A stretch of DNA of 64,000 nt from Kiritimatiellia bacterium (GCA_012103575.1 WLWN01000001.1:1676538-1740537); one strand, 5' to 3'; positions 49,010 through 59,260 are shown, counted from the first letter of the stretch. Notes: generated by a model from the sequence alone, not told the origin. Numbers and translations are program-made.

Positions 49010-49112
49010 CTAGACCCTATGTGGCGAATACGGGTGAACCCCGTCAGGATCGGAAGATAGCAGCGGTAAGTCATGTTGTTCGGGTACCGTAGTGTGTTCT
49101 GGCTAGAGTCTT
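49010..49112 (+). ncRNA. ffs: Candidate signal recognition particle RNA (4.5S/ffs) upstream of dnaX
   Basis: 49042-49063 reads GTCAGGATCGGAAGATAGCAGC, which matches the conserved domain IV motif GUCAGGuCCGGAAGgaAGCAGC including the GGAA tetraloop. ffs lies upstream of dnaX in many bacteria. The ends are approximate. Confidence 0.5.
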
Positions 49113-49208
49113 GAAATAGTGGTTGTACGCCGATCGTTGGTGTCGAACAAAGGTGCACAGCTTTTTTAACAAATATTCGATATTCGAATTTCAACAGAGA
49201 GGGTTCAT

Positions 49209-50930
49209 GTGTCCTATGAAGTATTAGCCCGAAAATGGCGACCTCAACAGTTTGACGACGTCGTTGGGCAAGATCATGTCGTTAGAACGTTGCGTAATGC
49301 CATTGAAACAGAGCGTATTGCGCATGCATACCTTTTTGTCGGTCCACGGGGTACAGGGAAAACGTCTATGGCTCGAATTTTTGCCAAGGCTTTGAACTGT
49401 GAAAAAAAGCTTACCGCATCACCTTGTGATGCCTGTGATATCTGTAAGGAAATTATTGCCGGTAATAACCTAGATGTGTTGGAGATCGATGGGGCTTCCA
49501 ATAATAGCGTAGATCAGATTCGTGATCTTCGTGAAAGTGTTCGCTACGCTCCCGCACGTAGCCGTTTTAAGATTTATATTATCGATGAAGTACATATGTT
49601 GAGTATGTCGGCTTTTAACGCGCTGCTTAAAACATTAGAAGAACCGCCCACGCATGTAAAATTTATATTTGCGACCACGGAACCCCAAAAATTACCTGCA
49701 ACCATTATTTCACGATGCCAACGATTTGATTTGCGTAGAATTGCTGCTGGACAAATGGTGCAACGTCTTCAAGAAGTAGCTAATGCTGAAAAGATCACGA
49801 TTGAAGAGACTGCCTTGTTAGCTATTGCGCGTGGAGCGGAGGGAGGATTACGAGATGCTGAGTCTGCGTTAGACCAATTAATAGCTTTTCGAGGGGATAA
49901 AATTACCGAAGAGGATGTCTTATCCGTCTTTGGATTGGTTGCTTGGAGTACGCTTGAAGATCTTGTGGATTCTGTGTTGAAAGGGGACATTTCCGAAGTG
50001 ATTAAGCTGATTGCCCAGCTCGATGAAAGAGGGAAGGATCTGCAACGGCTTATTTTAGAACTATTAGAATATTTCAGAAACCTTTTGGTGGTTATCTATA
50101 CCGATGGAGTGGGGGCTCTGCAGGATCTAACCAAGACACAAATAGATGTTCTGAAACAGCAGGGAACATTGTCAGAACCTCCTCGTGTTCTTCAAATGGT
50201 CGAGGTTTTGACCGAAACAGAAGGTCGTTTAAGATATACGTTATCAAAACGTATACTGGTTGAAACGTCTCTTATCCGTTGTGCGCGTGTCTCTGTTGTG
50301 GTGAGTATCGATCAGATTTTAGAACAACTGAATACGTTAAAAATTAATTTTTCGGCGATGCCTATTTCCATGCCGTCTGAGTATAAACAGGAAGACATTC
50401 AGGCGAGTCAAGCTGTTCCAACGAACGAATCTCTTACAAGCAAGACTGTTTCTGCTATACCCTCTGAGCCGGAGCCTATATCTACAGGTGAGGAAACTGC
50501 CTTTCTAAGTGATAAATGGCATAAACTTGTTGATGAAGTCGGGCATATAGCGCCTTTAGCGAAAAATTATCTTTTAGATGGAAAGCCTCTTAGCGTTGTT
50601 GGAGATAAAGTAACGATTGGATTTGATCCTGAATTTGCTTCGAATAAGGGAAAAATTAGTTTTCCGCGTAACCTAAAAGCAATACAAAATGTAATGGGCA
50701 AGATCTTAGGTCGATCCGTGAGTATTGAGTTTTGTGTGCTTGATTCCAAAACAACGCTTCCGGGTGACTCTATTGTTGAAACAGTGAAGTCTGTTTCTAA
50801 AAAATTGGTTCCTTTAGAGGAGCTTGAGAGAAAGGAAGTTTCGAAAAGTAAGCGCGAATGGTTAAAGGATCCATCTGTACGAAAAACCTTAGAAGCTTTC
50901 AATGGAGATATCGCAGATATAAGGGAGTGA
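49209..50930 (+). CDS. dnaX: DNA polymerase III subunits gamma/tau
   Basis: MSYEVLARKWRPQQF, Walker A GPRGTGKTS, and a zinc module CEKKLTASPCDACDIC. 573 aa. Confidence 0.9.
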   Translation: MSYEVLARKWRPQQFDDVVGQDHVVRTLRNAIETERIAHAYLFVGPRGTGKTSMARIFAKALNCEKKLTASPCDACDICKEIIAGNNLDVLEIDGASNNSVDQIRDLRESVRYAPARSRFKIYIIDEVHMLSMSAFNALLKTLEEPPTHVKFIFATTEPQKLPATIISRCQRFDLRRIAAGQMVQRLQEVANAEKITIEETALLAIARGAEGGLRDAESALDQLIAFRGDKITEEDVLSVFGLVAWSTLEDLVDSVLKGDISEVIKLIAQLDERGKDLQRLILELLEYFRNLLVVIYTDGVGALQDLTKTQIDVLKQQGTLSEPPRVLQMVEVLTETEGRLRYTLSKRILVETSLIRCARVSVVVSIDQILEQLNTLKINFSAMPISMPSEYKQEDIQASQAVPTNESLTSKTVSAIPSEPEPISTGEETAFLSDKWHKLVDEVGHIAPLAKNYLLDGKPLSVVGDKVTIGFDPEFASNKGKISFPRNLKAIQNVMGKILGRSVSIEFCVLDSKTTLPGDSIVETVKSVSKKLVPLEELERKEVSKSKREWLKDPSVRKTLEAFNGDIADIRE

Positions 50931-50978
50931 TAAGAATTCGCTATTCGTTATTAATTATTGGTTATTTAGGAGAGAACT

Positions 50979-51302
50979 ATGGTCAACATGATGAAGTTAA
51001 TGAAGCAAGCTACTTCTATGCAAAAAGACATGAAAACCCTTCAATCTAAACTTGCTGAACAGTCCGTAGAGTTTTCAAGTGGGGGAGGGATGGTAACGGT
51101 TATTGCAAAGGGTGATATGTCGATTGAAAGCATAAAAATTGATCCTAAAGTGGTTGATCCTGAAGATGTAGATATGTTGGAAGATATGGTGAAAGCCGCT
51201 GTTGATGGTGCGCTTAAACAGGCACGAGATATGGCTGCTCAAGAAATGGAAAAAGTTACTTCTAGTCTTGGTTTACCGCCCGGAATGGACCTTCCTTTTT
51301 GA
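50979..51302 (+). CDS. ybaB: Nucleoid-associated protein YbaB/EbfC
   Basis: About 100 aa with typical YbaB sequence (QSVEFSSGGGMVTV...IDP). It sits between dnaX and recR/mutL as in many bacteria. Confidence 0.85.
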   Translation: MVNMMKLMKQATSMQKDMKTLQSKLAEQSVEFSSGGGMVTVIAKGDMSIESIKIDPKVVDPEDVDMLEDMVKAAVDGALKQARDMAAQEMEKVTSSLGLPPGMDLPF

Positions 51303-51318
51303 TGGGGAGACAAATAAT

Positions 51319-51481
51319 CCTAGATCCGGCAGCTAAACGTGGGGTTTCTGTGCGAATGCCTTGGAGACAAAAGATTGCAAAAAAACGTAGGCGCACCCAC
51401 GGGGTGCGTCGAGGCTTTTCTCTAATTCCTTTTGGCCCAAATGATTCGTGCAGAAAACCGCGCTTAACCGCCGGATCTAGG
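51319..51481. repeat. 163-bp palindromic repeat element, copy C (diverged)
   Basis: Same architecture as copy A. The arms (CCTAGATCCGGCAGCTAAACG and its complement) carry paired compensatory changes relative to copy A. It fills the ybaB-mutL spacer. Confidence 0.7.
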
Positions 51482-51510
51482 ATAATCAATAGGAATGTAC
51501 AGATACCCCC

Positions 51511-53310
51511 ATGATGGTCACTCCTATACATGTCTTAAGTGATCAAGTCGCCAACAAAATTGCTGCGGGCGAAGTGGTTGATCGTCCTGCTTCTGTCGTG
51601 AAAGAACTGATGGAAAACGCCTTAGATGCAGGGGCGACACACATTGATGTAGAAATCGTATCTGGAGGTCGTAAACTCATCTCTGTATCCGATAATGGTC
51701 ACGGAATGGATCGTGATAATGCCTTGCTTTCTCTGGAACGACATGCCACCAGTAAAATCAAAGATGTGGATGATATAGAACGCGTAGACACGTTAGGGTT
51801 TAGAGGTGAAGCGCTTGCTGCCATTGCTTCCGTATCACGTTTTTCCCTCACAACCCGAACGGCGGAAGCGTTATGCGGGACGGAAATAACTGTTTCCGGA
51901 GGCAAAATCCAAGATGTACAAGAAAGAGGATGTCCGCCTGGGACTAAAATGCAGGTCCGTAACCTGTTTTTTAATGTGCCGGCTCGTCGCAAATTTCTTC
52001 GTACAGAACAAACAGAGCAGTCCCATGTCCGCCAGGTGTTCCTTGTTTATGGATTATCGTATCCGGCCGTTGATTTAAAGCTCACGGTGGATTCTCGCGA
52101 ACTCTATCGTTTAGCCGGAGGGGCGACATTAGAAGAAAGATTACGTGATTTATATAGTGCGGCTTTTGTAGAAACATTGCGAGTCGTTTCGTATGAGCAA
52201 GATGGCGTAAAAATAACGGGGTGTGTGGGGTTGCCTCAAACGCACCGAGGAGATCGATCGGAGCAGTATATCTTTATTAATGGACGTCCGGCTAGTGCCC
52301 CCATATTGGGCGCTGCCATCAACGAAGCGTATCAGACCCTTATTCCTAAAGGACGGTATCCCCTGGTTTTTCTTTTCATTGAATTAGATCCATCCATGGT
52401 CGACATAAATGTGCATCCGACGAAAAAAGAGGTGAGATTTCGGCGTCCGGGTTTGGTGCGGGATATACTCATTGAAAGCATTCGTTCCGCTTTGACGACG
52501 GCATCGGCAGGGAGCGATTCAGCGCTACCTACTATGCCTGTACAAGAAGAATCCCGCTTCACCAAACCGATTTTAAAAATAGAAAATATGCCCACCACCC
52601 GCACATTCCAATATCCGCGTATGCCCTTAATTTCCGAAGAAACGGCTCAAGTAGACACTAGAGAACCCTCTTCTTCTTCTTTGCCTTTACCTCTAAACGA
52701 TGAGCAGGACATCTCTTCAAAGAACGGACCGTGGACTTCCTGTCGTGTTTTAGGACAAGTTGGGGGCCTTTATGTGATTTTGGAAACAGAAGGAGGGTTG
52801 GTTTTAATGGATCCTCATGCAGCTCATGAACGCATACTCTTTGAACGGTTTATGAACGAAGTTCTTGGTCATAAAGTGAAAGGGCAAGGTCTTCTTGTTC
52901 CAGAAACAGTAGAGCTGGGTCCTCAAGATGCGTTACGCGTAAGAAAAAACATGACGTTATTTGAAAAAATGGGGTTTGGAATTTCAGAATTTGGGGGTGA
53001 TACCTTTATTGTTGATGCGATACCTAATTGTTTAGGCAATGTTTCAGCGCTATCTGTATTAGCGGATGTGGCCCATAGTTTTGAGCGAGGAGGCGCACGG
53101 GGAGGGACCGAAAAATGGGCGGAAGAAAAAGTGGCTCGAGCCGCTTGTCGGGCTGCCGTCAAAGCGCGGGATAAACTAACCTTAGAAGAAATTGAGCAAC
53201 TTGTCGTTGACTTGGCTCGAGCTGAGATGCCGTATACGTGTCCTCATGGTCGGCCTACTCTGATATTGATGAGCTTTCCAGAGTTAGATAAGAAGTTTGG
53301 AAGGGCTTAG
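51511..53310 (+). CDS. mutL: DNA mismatch repair protein MutL
   Basis: GHKL ATPase N-terminus (IAAGEVVDRPASVVKELMENALDAG), a transducer domain, and a C-terminal dimerisation domain. Confidence 0.9.
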   Translation: MMVTPIHVLSDQVANKIAAGEVVDRPASVVKELMENALDAGATHIDVEIVSGGRKLISVSDNGHGMDRDNALLSLERHATSKIKDVDDIERVDTLGFRGEALAAIASVSRFSLTTRTAEALCGTEITVSGGKIQDVQERGCPPGTKMQVRNLFFNVPARRKFLRTEQTEQSHVRQVFLVYGLSYPAVDLKLTVDSRELYRLAGGATLEERLRDLYSAAFVETLRVVSYEQDGVKITGCVGLPQTHRGDRSEQYIFINGRPASAPILGAAINEAYQTLIPKGRYPLVFLFIELDPSMVDINVHPTKKEVRFRRPGLVRDILIESIRSALTTASAGSDSALPTMPVQEESRFTKPILKIENMPTTRTFQYPRMPLISEETAQVDTREPSSSSLPLPLNDEQDISSKNGPWTSCRVLGQVGGLYVILETEGGLVLMDPHAAHERILFERFMNEVLGHKVKGQGLLVPETVELGPQDALRVRKNMTLFEKMGFGISEFGGDTFIVDAIPNCLGNVSALSVLADVAHSFERGGARGGTEKWAEEKVARAACRAAVKARDKLTLEEIEQLVVDLARAEMPYTCPHGRPTLILMSFPELDKKFGRA

Positions 53311-53412
53311 TCTCGAACCCCTGCCATTCAGCGAACAAAATGTCGGATCTAGACTTATTCCTTCATTGGTGATATGGAATCATCTCAAAAGAATCATCTT
53401 GTCCATATGAGG

Positions 53413-53441
53413 AAGGGGGAGCGTCCTGAGAGCTCCCCCTT
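53413..53441. terminator. GC-rich hairpin between the convergent mutL and 53450-53767 genes
   Basis: AAGGGGGAGC-gtcctgaga-GCTCCCCCTT. A T-run follows on the minus strand. No energy calculation was done. Confidence 0.4.
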
Positions 53442-53449
53442 AGCAACAT

Positions 53450-53767
53450 TTAAGAGAGGGTTTCCGAATAGATATTCTTGAAAGCCTCCCGTAGTTCGCA
53501 CTCTGACTTTGCTTTTTTAAGCGTGCTTTCCCAACAGACACCCATGGTGGCAATAACAGCATCTGCTTCCTTGTCGAATGTGGGACCCCAGGTTGCTTTT
53601 ATCTTTTCCTTTAGGATCTCAACTTGGGTTTGACGCATCGCTTCGCAGAAAGATGCGCTCCACCTATCGACAGCGCACTCGATGGGGCACGCCTTGTCGC
53701 TTCTGGGTTTATCCGTCGAGCCGCATGATTTTTTTTCAGTACAAGTATTTGTGTTACATTCACTCAT
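53450..53767 (-). CDS. Hypothetical Cys-rich small protein
   Basis: 105 aa with 8 Cys (CTEKKSCGS...ACPIECAV...). It has an upstream operator-like motif shared with the tetR promoter. Confidence 0.4.
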   Translation of the reverse strand: MSECNTNTCTEKKSCGSTDKPRSDKACPIECAVDRWSASFCEAMRQTQVEILKEKIKATWGPTFDKEADAVIATMGVCWESTLKKAKSECELREAFKNIYSETLS

Positions 53768-53971
53768 TGTCTACTCCTTATGTTTTTGTTTTTTTCGATC
53801 TGTATACTGTCAATATTCAACTATGCTCTATTCTTTTTCTCACCTCCCTCTTAAATACCCGTCAGTTGGTATGTATCGGGTAAAAAATATTTCACGTGTC
53901 AAATACCAGCTCCAGGTAGTTTCTGTAATGTTTCAAGGATTTTGCCATCACGTTCTCGTCCTTTGTTGCTT

Positions 53972-54430
53972 TCATAAGAATTGCAGATCCTTGAATCGTG
54001 GATACAAAATGCTGGCTAGGCCTTCGGTATCAATTTTTTTGTTGCTCGCATGGACTTTTTTAGCGGCCTGAAGATCTTTTTTAAAGGCGGAGATAAATTC
54101 CCGAAAGATTGCGCCGCATGTGGCCTGAATTTCTGGATAGGAGTCATGTAGCTCCTGGGCAAAGGTGCCTATGAGGCAACCCCTGTTCTCCGGATTTTTG
54201 GATATTTTGATCGTGGCATCTATGTAAGCGTATACACGGTCCAGAGGAGTGGATCCAGCAACCAGGACTTTGGACATGAGGTATTCGTTATTTTTATGCG
54301 AAAATCGGGTTATGAGTTGTTGCCCTAAATCTTCTTTATTTTTAAAGAAATAGAAGAACCCTCCCTTGGTGACACCCGCATCGTTGCATACTTCATCAAC
54401 GGTGGTAGCCTTATAGCCTTTGTCGAGCAT
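53972..54430 (-). CDS. TetR/AcrR-family transcriptional regulator
   Basis: N-terminal HTH (KGYKATTVDEVCNDAGVTKGGFFYFFKNKEDL). Confidence 0.75.
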   Translation of the reverse strand: MLDKGYKATTVDEVCNDAGVTKGGFFYFFKNKEDLGQQLITRFSHKNNEYLMSKVLVAGSTPLDRVYAYIDATIKISKNPENRGCLIGTFAQELHDSYPEIQATCGAIFREFISAFKKDLQAAKKVHASNKKIDTEGLASILYPRFKDLQFL

Positions 54431-54655
54431 CTTGATCTTCCGCGGAATCCATCAAACGTATTTTTTTTTCAGGGTCTTGCGTTTTCATATCTGTAAATAC
54501 CAACCAGTTAGTATCTAACATATCACGTTTGTATGTGAAGTCAACTGGATAGAAAATTTTTTTTGTAAAAAAATATTATGGTATTTGAGTTTTGCGTTTA
54601 TGAAACAAGTAAACGTATATTCAATGGTCTCTTATAACCATGAACGAATAACTCA

Positions 54656-55371
54656 ATGATTTGCTCTAAGATACCAAATACATTTTTTGAAGGAATACAA
54701 ACACTGGATATTTCCCTTTCGGACCACTCGCTTAACCAACTTAATCATTACTTATGTTTGCTGCTGGAAACCAATAAAAAGTTTAATCTTACCGCAACCA
54801 AGGAACCGAATGAAGCGTGGCAACGCCATATATTAAATAGCTTAATACTCGTCCGATTTCTAGGTGATGGGGAGAAGGTTATAGATATAGGGAGTGGTGG
54901 AGGGCTTCCAGGTATCCCCTTGGCCATTGTACGACCTGATTTAACAATGACACTGCTTGAAGCTACGAAAAAAAAGCTGAATTTCTTGAAACAATTATAA
55001 ACACACTGAACCTCAGACGCGTTCAGGTGATTTCGACCCGAGCTGAAGTTTTAGGTCACGATCCTCTGCACAGGAAGAGGTATAACACCATGCTTTCCCG
55101 AGCCCTATCCCCTTTACCCATTGCGCTTGAATACATGGCTCCCTTTACACATCCCACGGGCAGACTATTAGCGATGAAAGGCCAAAAGGCGGATGCGGAA
55201 ATAGCGCAATCCAAACGTGCGATGAAAATGCTTAAAGTCAATTTTGTGAAAAAACATTTATTTTTTGTAGAGACTGAAAACGAAACGTGTGTAGTAGAAC
55301 TGATGCCCGTTAAAGAGACACCCGGTATGTATCCACGCTCTGTGGGAACCGCTAAGCAAAAACCATTATGA
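54656..55371 (+). pseudogene. rsmG: 16S rRNA m7G527 methyltransferase RsmG (GidB) with a -1 frameshift near 54993
   Basis: 54656-55000 encodes the SAM-binding part (VIDIGSGGGLPGIPLAI ... LLEATKKKLNFLKQ). The C-terminal part (IINTLNLRRVQVISTRAEV...) lies in the frame of the ORF at 55027. The shift is not in a homopolymer. Confidence 0.7.
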
Positions 55372-55387
55372 ACAAGAGAATGAACGG

Positions 55388-56047
55388 ATGGTTCATATAG
55401 CAAAACGATATACCGCGCGCGTATTAGAAAATAAGCAACTCTCGTCAACAGGCTATGCATTAATTCTTGAAAGGGGAAATATGTCTTTTCAGGCCGGGCG
55501 CCTCATTACCCTGCACGGAGAGGATATTACCCAAGACCGCAGTTATACAATCGCTAGCGGAGAACAAGACCGGTATATTGAAGTGCTGTATCGTTTGATT
55601 CCAACAGGTCAATTAACACCGAAGCTGGTACATTTAAAGGCGGGAGACGCTATTGATTTTTCCGGTCCTTACGGGGCATTTGTTCTGCGCAACACACAAT
55701 GCTCACTTGTCTTTATTGCGACAGGGACCGGTATGGCTCCGTGCCGATCTTATATTCGGACATATCCACACTTATCGCTGACATTAATACATGGTGTAAG
55801 CCAAGCAGAAGACCTTTTTTATCGGGAAGAGTTTAATGGGTATACCTATGTTCCTTGTTTATCTCAACCACTGGGTTCGGAACCCCCAAGCCACGTACTT
55901 GACGTGATCCATGAATTGGACCTTAACCCCAAAACACACTTTTATCTTTGCGGTTCCTATGAAATGATTATTGACGCACATCGTGTTCTTCGCGAAAGAA
56001 ACATTGATGATTCTTGTATATTTACGGAAGAATATTATTACAAATGA
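55388..56047 (+). CDS. FAD/NAD(P)-binding oxidoreductase (ferredoxin-NADP reductase-like)
   Basis: The RSYTIAS motif (FAD-binding RxYS) and the GTGMAP motif (NAD-binding). 219 aa. Confidence 0.65.
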   Translation: MVHIAKRYTARVLENKQLSSTGYALILERGNMSFQAGRLITLHGEDITQDRSYTIASGEQDRYIEVLYRLIPTGQLTPKLVHLKAGDAIDFSGPYGAFVLRNTQCSLVFIATGTGMAPCRSYIRTYPHLSLTLIHGVSQAEDLFYREEFNGYTYVPCLSQPLGSEPPSHVLDVIHELDLNPKTHFYLCGSYEMIIDAHRVLRERNIDDSCIFTEEYYYK

Positions 56048-56074
56048 GGTTTTTGATTGATGAAAGAATTAGAC

Positions 56075-57730
56075 CTGAATCCGTCAGATAAAATCTGATG
56101 ATTTTTCATTACCTGTTGGGCTAAAGCGGGGAGCATACCCGTATTCAAACAAACAACCCCACCCCAACAGGTGTGTATATGAAACAATATAAAATAAAGA
56201 CTGGCAAGGGCGAACTCAACAGCACAAGCGGAAATCATCTTTGCGACCTGCTGCTTGAGGATCATGCTCAACGGATTCTTCCCTCCAATTTTCAACCACG
56301 CCGCTCCGATGCGATCTCTGATCGGGAGATCCTCCTTACCCAGATCGGCTTACTTTGCAACGGTCGAACCGATTTCAATGATATCGACCTGTACCGGGGT
56401 GATGAGATTTTTATGAATGCCTTTGGACTTAAAAAGGGGAGTTAAAAAGGTAGCCTCTGAGCCGATGTTCCGACGTCGTTTCGACGACCTGCCCCCACCC
56501 AGAACCCATGTGGGGCTACGCAAACTCAACACCGAACTTCTTTCCTCGGGCCCCTTTGGCTAGGTAGATGTCGAAGGGCTTGATCTTGTTCCCGTCGATA
56601 TCGATGTGAGCCCTTTGGATCACTCAGGCTCTTCGAAAGAAGGCGTTTCCTACACCTAGAAGGGCCATGATGGTTACGCCCTGATATTTGCCTATGTGGG
56701 CACTCAAGGCCACATGCTTGAGTGCGAACTTCGACCCGGTAAACAACATTGTCAGTCGGGAACGACCGCGTTTATTGCCCGCAGCGTTGAAACGCTCCAA
56801 ACCCTGGGCCTGGGTGGAAAATGTTTGCTTCGGCTTGATAGTGGCAACGCTGCGGCCGATAACTTCGACGCTTTTGGGGATCATTATTTTATCGTAAAGC
56901 GAAATCCTCGCCGCGAATACCCTGAACAAATGCTGGCCCTTGCACGCCGAGTTGGAGACAAACAAGACAGTCGTGAAGGCAAGAACGTTTACACAGGCTT
57001 TTTCGGTCATTTCCATCCCGGTGGTGACCAAAACCGCCCTTGTGTCCCGGTGGCCTTCGAAGTGATTGAACGCACTATCGATATCGATGGTCAGAAACTT
57101 CTGGTTCCTAAACTTGAGGTGAACACCTGGTGGACGAACCTCTCTTGTCGTGCCAAGACGGTGCTAGATCTCTATCATGGACATGGCCCCAGCGAGCAGT
57201 ACCACAGTGAACTCAAAAGCGATCTTGATGTTGAGCGATTGCCTTCGGGGAGACTCTGTGCCAATAAGATTATTCTGTTATGCGCCATGGTGGCCTTCAA
57301 CCTATTGCGCGGTCTTGGCCAAGAGGTCATCAAACGGGCTGGGCTTGCCCCGCAGAAAATCAACATCCCGCGCTGGCGAATCAAAACGGTTCTCAAAAAT
57401 ATCGTTTATTGCGCGGTTCGATTGGTCCGCCACGCCGGACGAATTGAACTTCACTTTGGCAAGCGTTGTCGCTGGTTTGAAGTGATACAAGATATTGCCC
57501 ATTCCTTCGCATAGCCCTCCGTGCACCTTTAACAATACTCTAAGGCGACTGCCCAAGGAGGCTTACGCCCCAAAATGGTCAAATCAGAGTGAATCTGACC
57601 TGTACGCTCAAAAAATTCATCAGGGTGATACTTGCCGGTCCCAATCCGCCCAAAAGCGAGCATCTCAAGGAAAAAATTTTCAACTTTTGAGCCCCAAAAC
57701 GCCTTCCGAAGCGATAGCTGACGGATTCAG
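56075..57730 (+). mobile_element. IS1380-family insertion sequence, copy 2
   Basis: Termini CCTGAATCCGTCAG and CTGACGGATTCAG, flanked by ATTAGA on both sides. The transposase is split between 56173-56445 and 56696-57514, in different frames. Confidence 0.75.
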
Positions 57731-57758
57731 ATTAGATATAAATAGTTTATTAGAATGT

Positions 57759-58493
57759 GCAATGGCGGCTGCATATGCTGCCGGGAATCATGCTGTCAAA
57801 GAATTTGATCGTCGAACAGAAGTGATTCAAAGAACGCAGCATGATGTGAAACTCGTGCTGGATCGAGAAGCGCAGGATCAAGCGGAGGAATCCATCCGCG
57901 CCTTTTTCCCGGATCACAATATTATAGGCGAAGAAGGTTAATCCCTCTTAGATCCATCACGACCTAGTTGGATTATTGATCCGATTGATGGCACCGTAAA
58001 TTTTTCATATGGCATTTCTCCTTGGTGTTCTTCTGTCGCTGTACAGGTTGAAAATCAAGTTCTGGCGGGCGCCGTATATATTCCTCCATACGAGGAAATG
58101 TATACCGCCACCCTTGAAAGTCCTGCGTTATGCAATGAGAAACCGATTCAAACGTCCTCGATCTCTTTGCTTGCTGACTTGCTGATTTTGACAGGACTCT
58201 CCAAAAACGCGCATGATGAATCAGAGCCCTTTAAAGGGCATGAGGCTTTAACGCGTAAAACCCAAAAAATCCGGATTATTGGCGCGGCTGCTGTAGATAT
58301 TTGTCAGGTTGCCTGCGGCAGAGCAGAGGCCTATGTGGACAGCGGTATTTATCTTTGGGATGCCGCGGCCGCTGGACTTATTGCTGAACGGGCTGGCGCC
58401 TATACAAAAACCGAACCCTTAGGTGATTACCGAGTCAATTATATGTGTTCGAATACGCTTATTCAAAAAGAGCTGATTGCGACACTCTCGTGA
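57759..58493 (+). pseudogene. Inositol monophosphatase family protein (SuhB/CysQ-like) with an in-frame TAA
   Basis: ...FFPDHNIIGEEG-TAA(57939-57941)-SLLDPSRPSWIIDPIDGTVNFSYGISPW... The DPIDGT motif and the downstream WDAAAG motif are in the same frame as the N-terminal part. Confidence 0.6.
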
Positions 58494-58517
58494 GAGGCTC
58501 TTAAATTCTTGTTATAG

Positions 58518-58680
58518 TCCTGGATCCGTCAGTTAAACGCGGTTTTCTGCACGAACCATTTGGGCCAAAAGGAATTACAAAAAAGCCTCGACGCACCCAG
58601 CGGGTGCGCCTGCATTTTTTTGCAACCTTTTGCCTCCAAAGCATTCGCACAGAAATCCCACGTTTAACTGACGGATCCAG
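58518..58680. repeat. 163-bp palindromic repeat element, copy B (inverted relative to copy A)
   Basis: Near-identical to copy A in reverse-complement orientation. The central palindrome reads CGCACCCAGCGGGTGCG. Confidence 0.7.
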
Positions 58681-58693
58681 GATAGTGTCAAAG

Positions 58694-59259
58694 ATGGCTA
58701 GACACGTAAAAACTTTTTTTTTGATAGCACTTATAACAGGTATCGCTGGATGCTTGTTGATGTGTGATACATCTCCCAAAGAGAAGGCTCCTTATGAATA
58801 TGAAAAAGATGAGGCGCGATTAGTTCTTATGGGGCTGGTAAAAAAAATGAACTTTTGCGAAAAGAAAGACTTGATTTTAAAAAACAAATCCGTAGGCTTA
58901 CCCGTTCTCTCGCCGTAGAAAAGGCGAAACTAGACGAACTGCAGACTCAGCAGCAGCGGATAAAACTCCGCGAGATATCAGGAAACATGCGGCAAGATTT
59001 CCTTACTCAAAAGAGTCTATATATATTAGATGTCAATGAGTCGTTGGGTTTGGCCGTCCTCGATGCAGGTAAATTCGACGCCCTTAAGGTCGGTATGTTT
59101 TTTGACGTTGTTAGAGATGATAAACCGATCGCACGTCTTCGTGTGATTGATGTGAGAGACCGCATTGCCGGGACACAGATAGAAGAAATAGAACGAAGAA
59201 TATCGCTTGAACCAGGAGACCGAGTTCTGCCTTGGATAAACGGAGTAAAGACTAAATAA
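58694..59259 (+). CDS. Hypothetical lipoprotein with a coiled-coil C-terminus, frameshifted in an A8 run
   Basis: MARHVKTFFLIALITGIAGC is a lipobox. The reading frame changes at ggtaaaaaaaatg into the ORF 58855-59259. It lies immediately upstream of rplV. Confidence 0.35.
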
Positions 59260-59260
59260 A

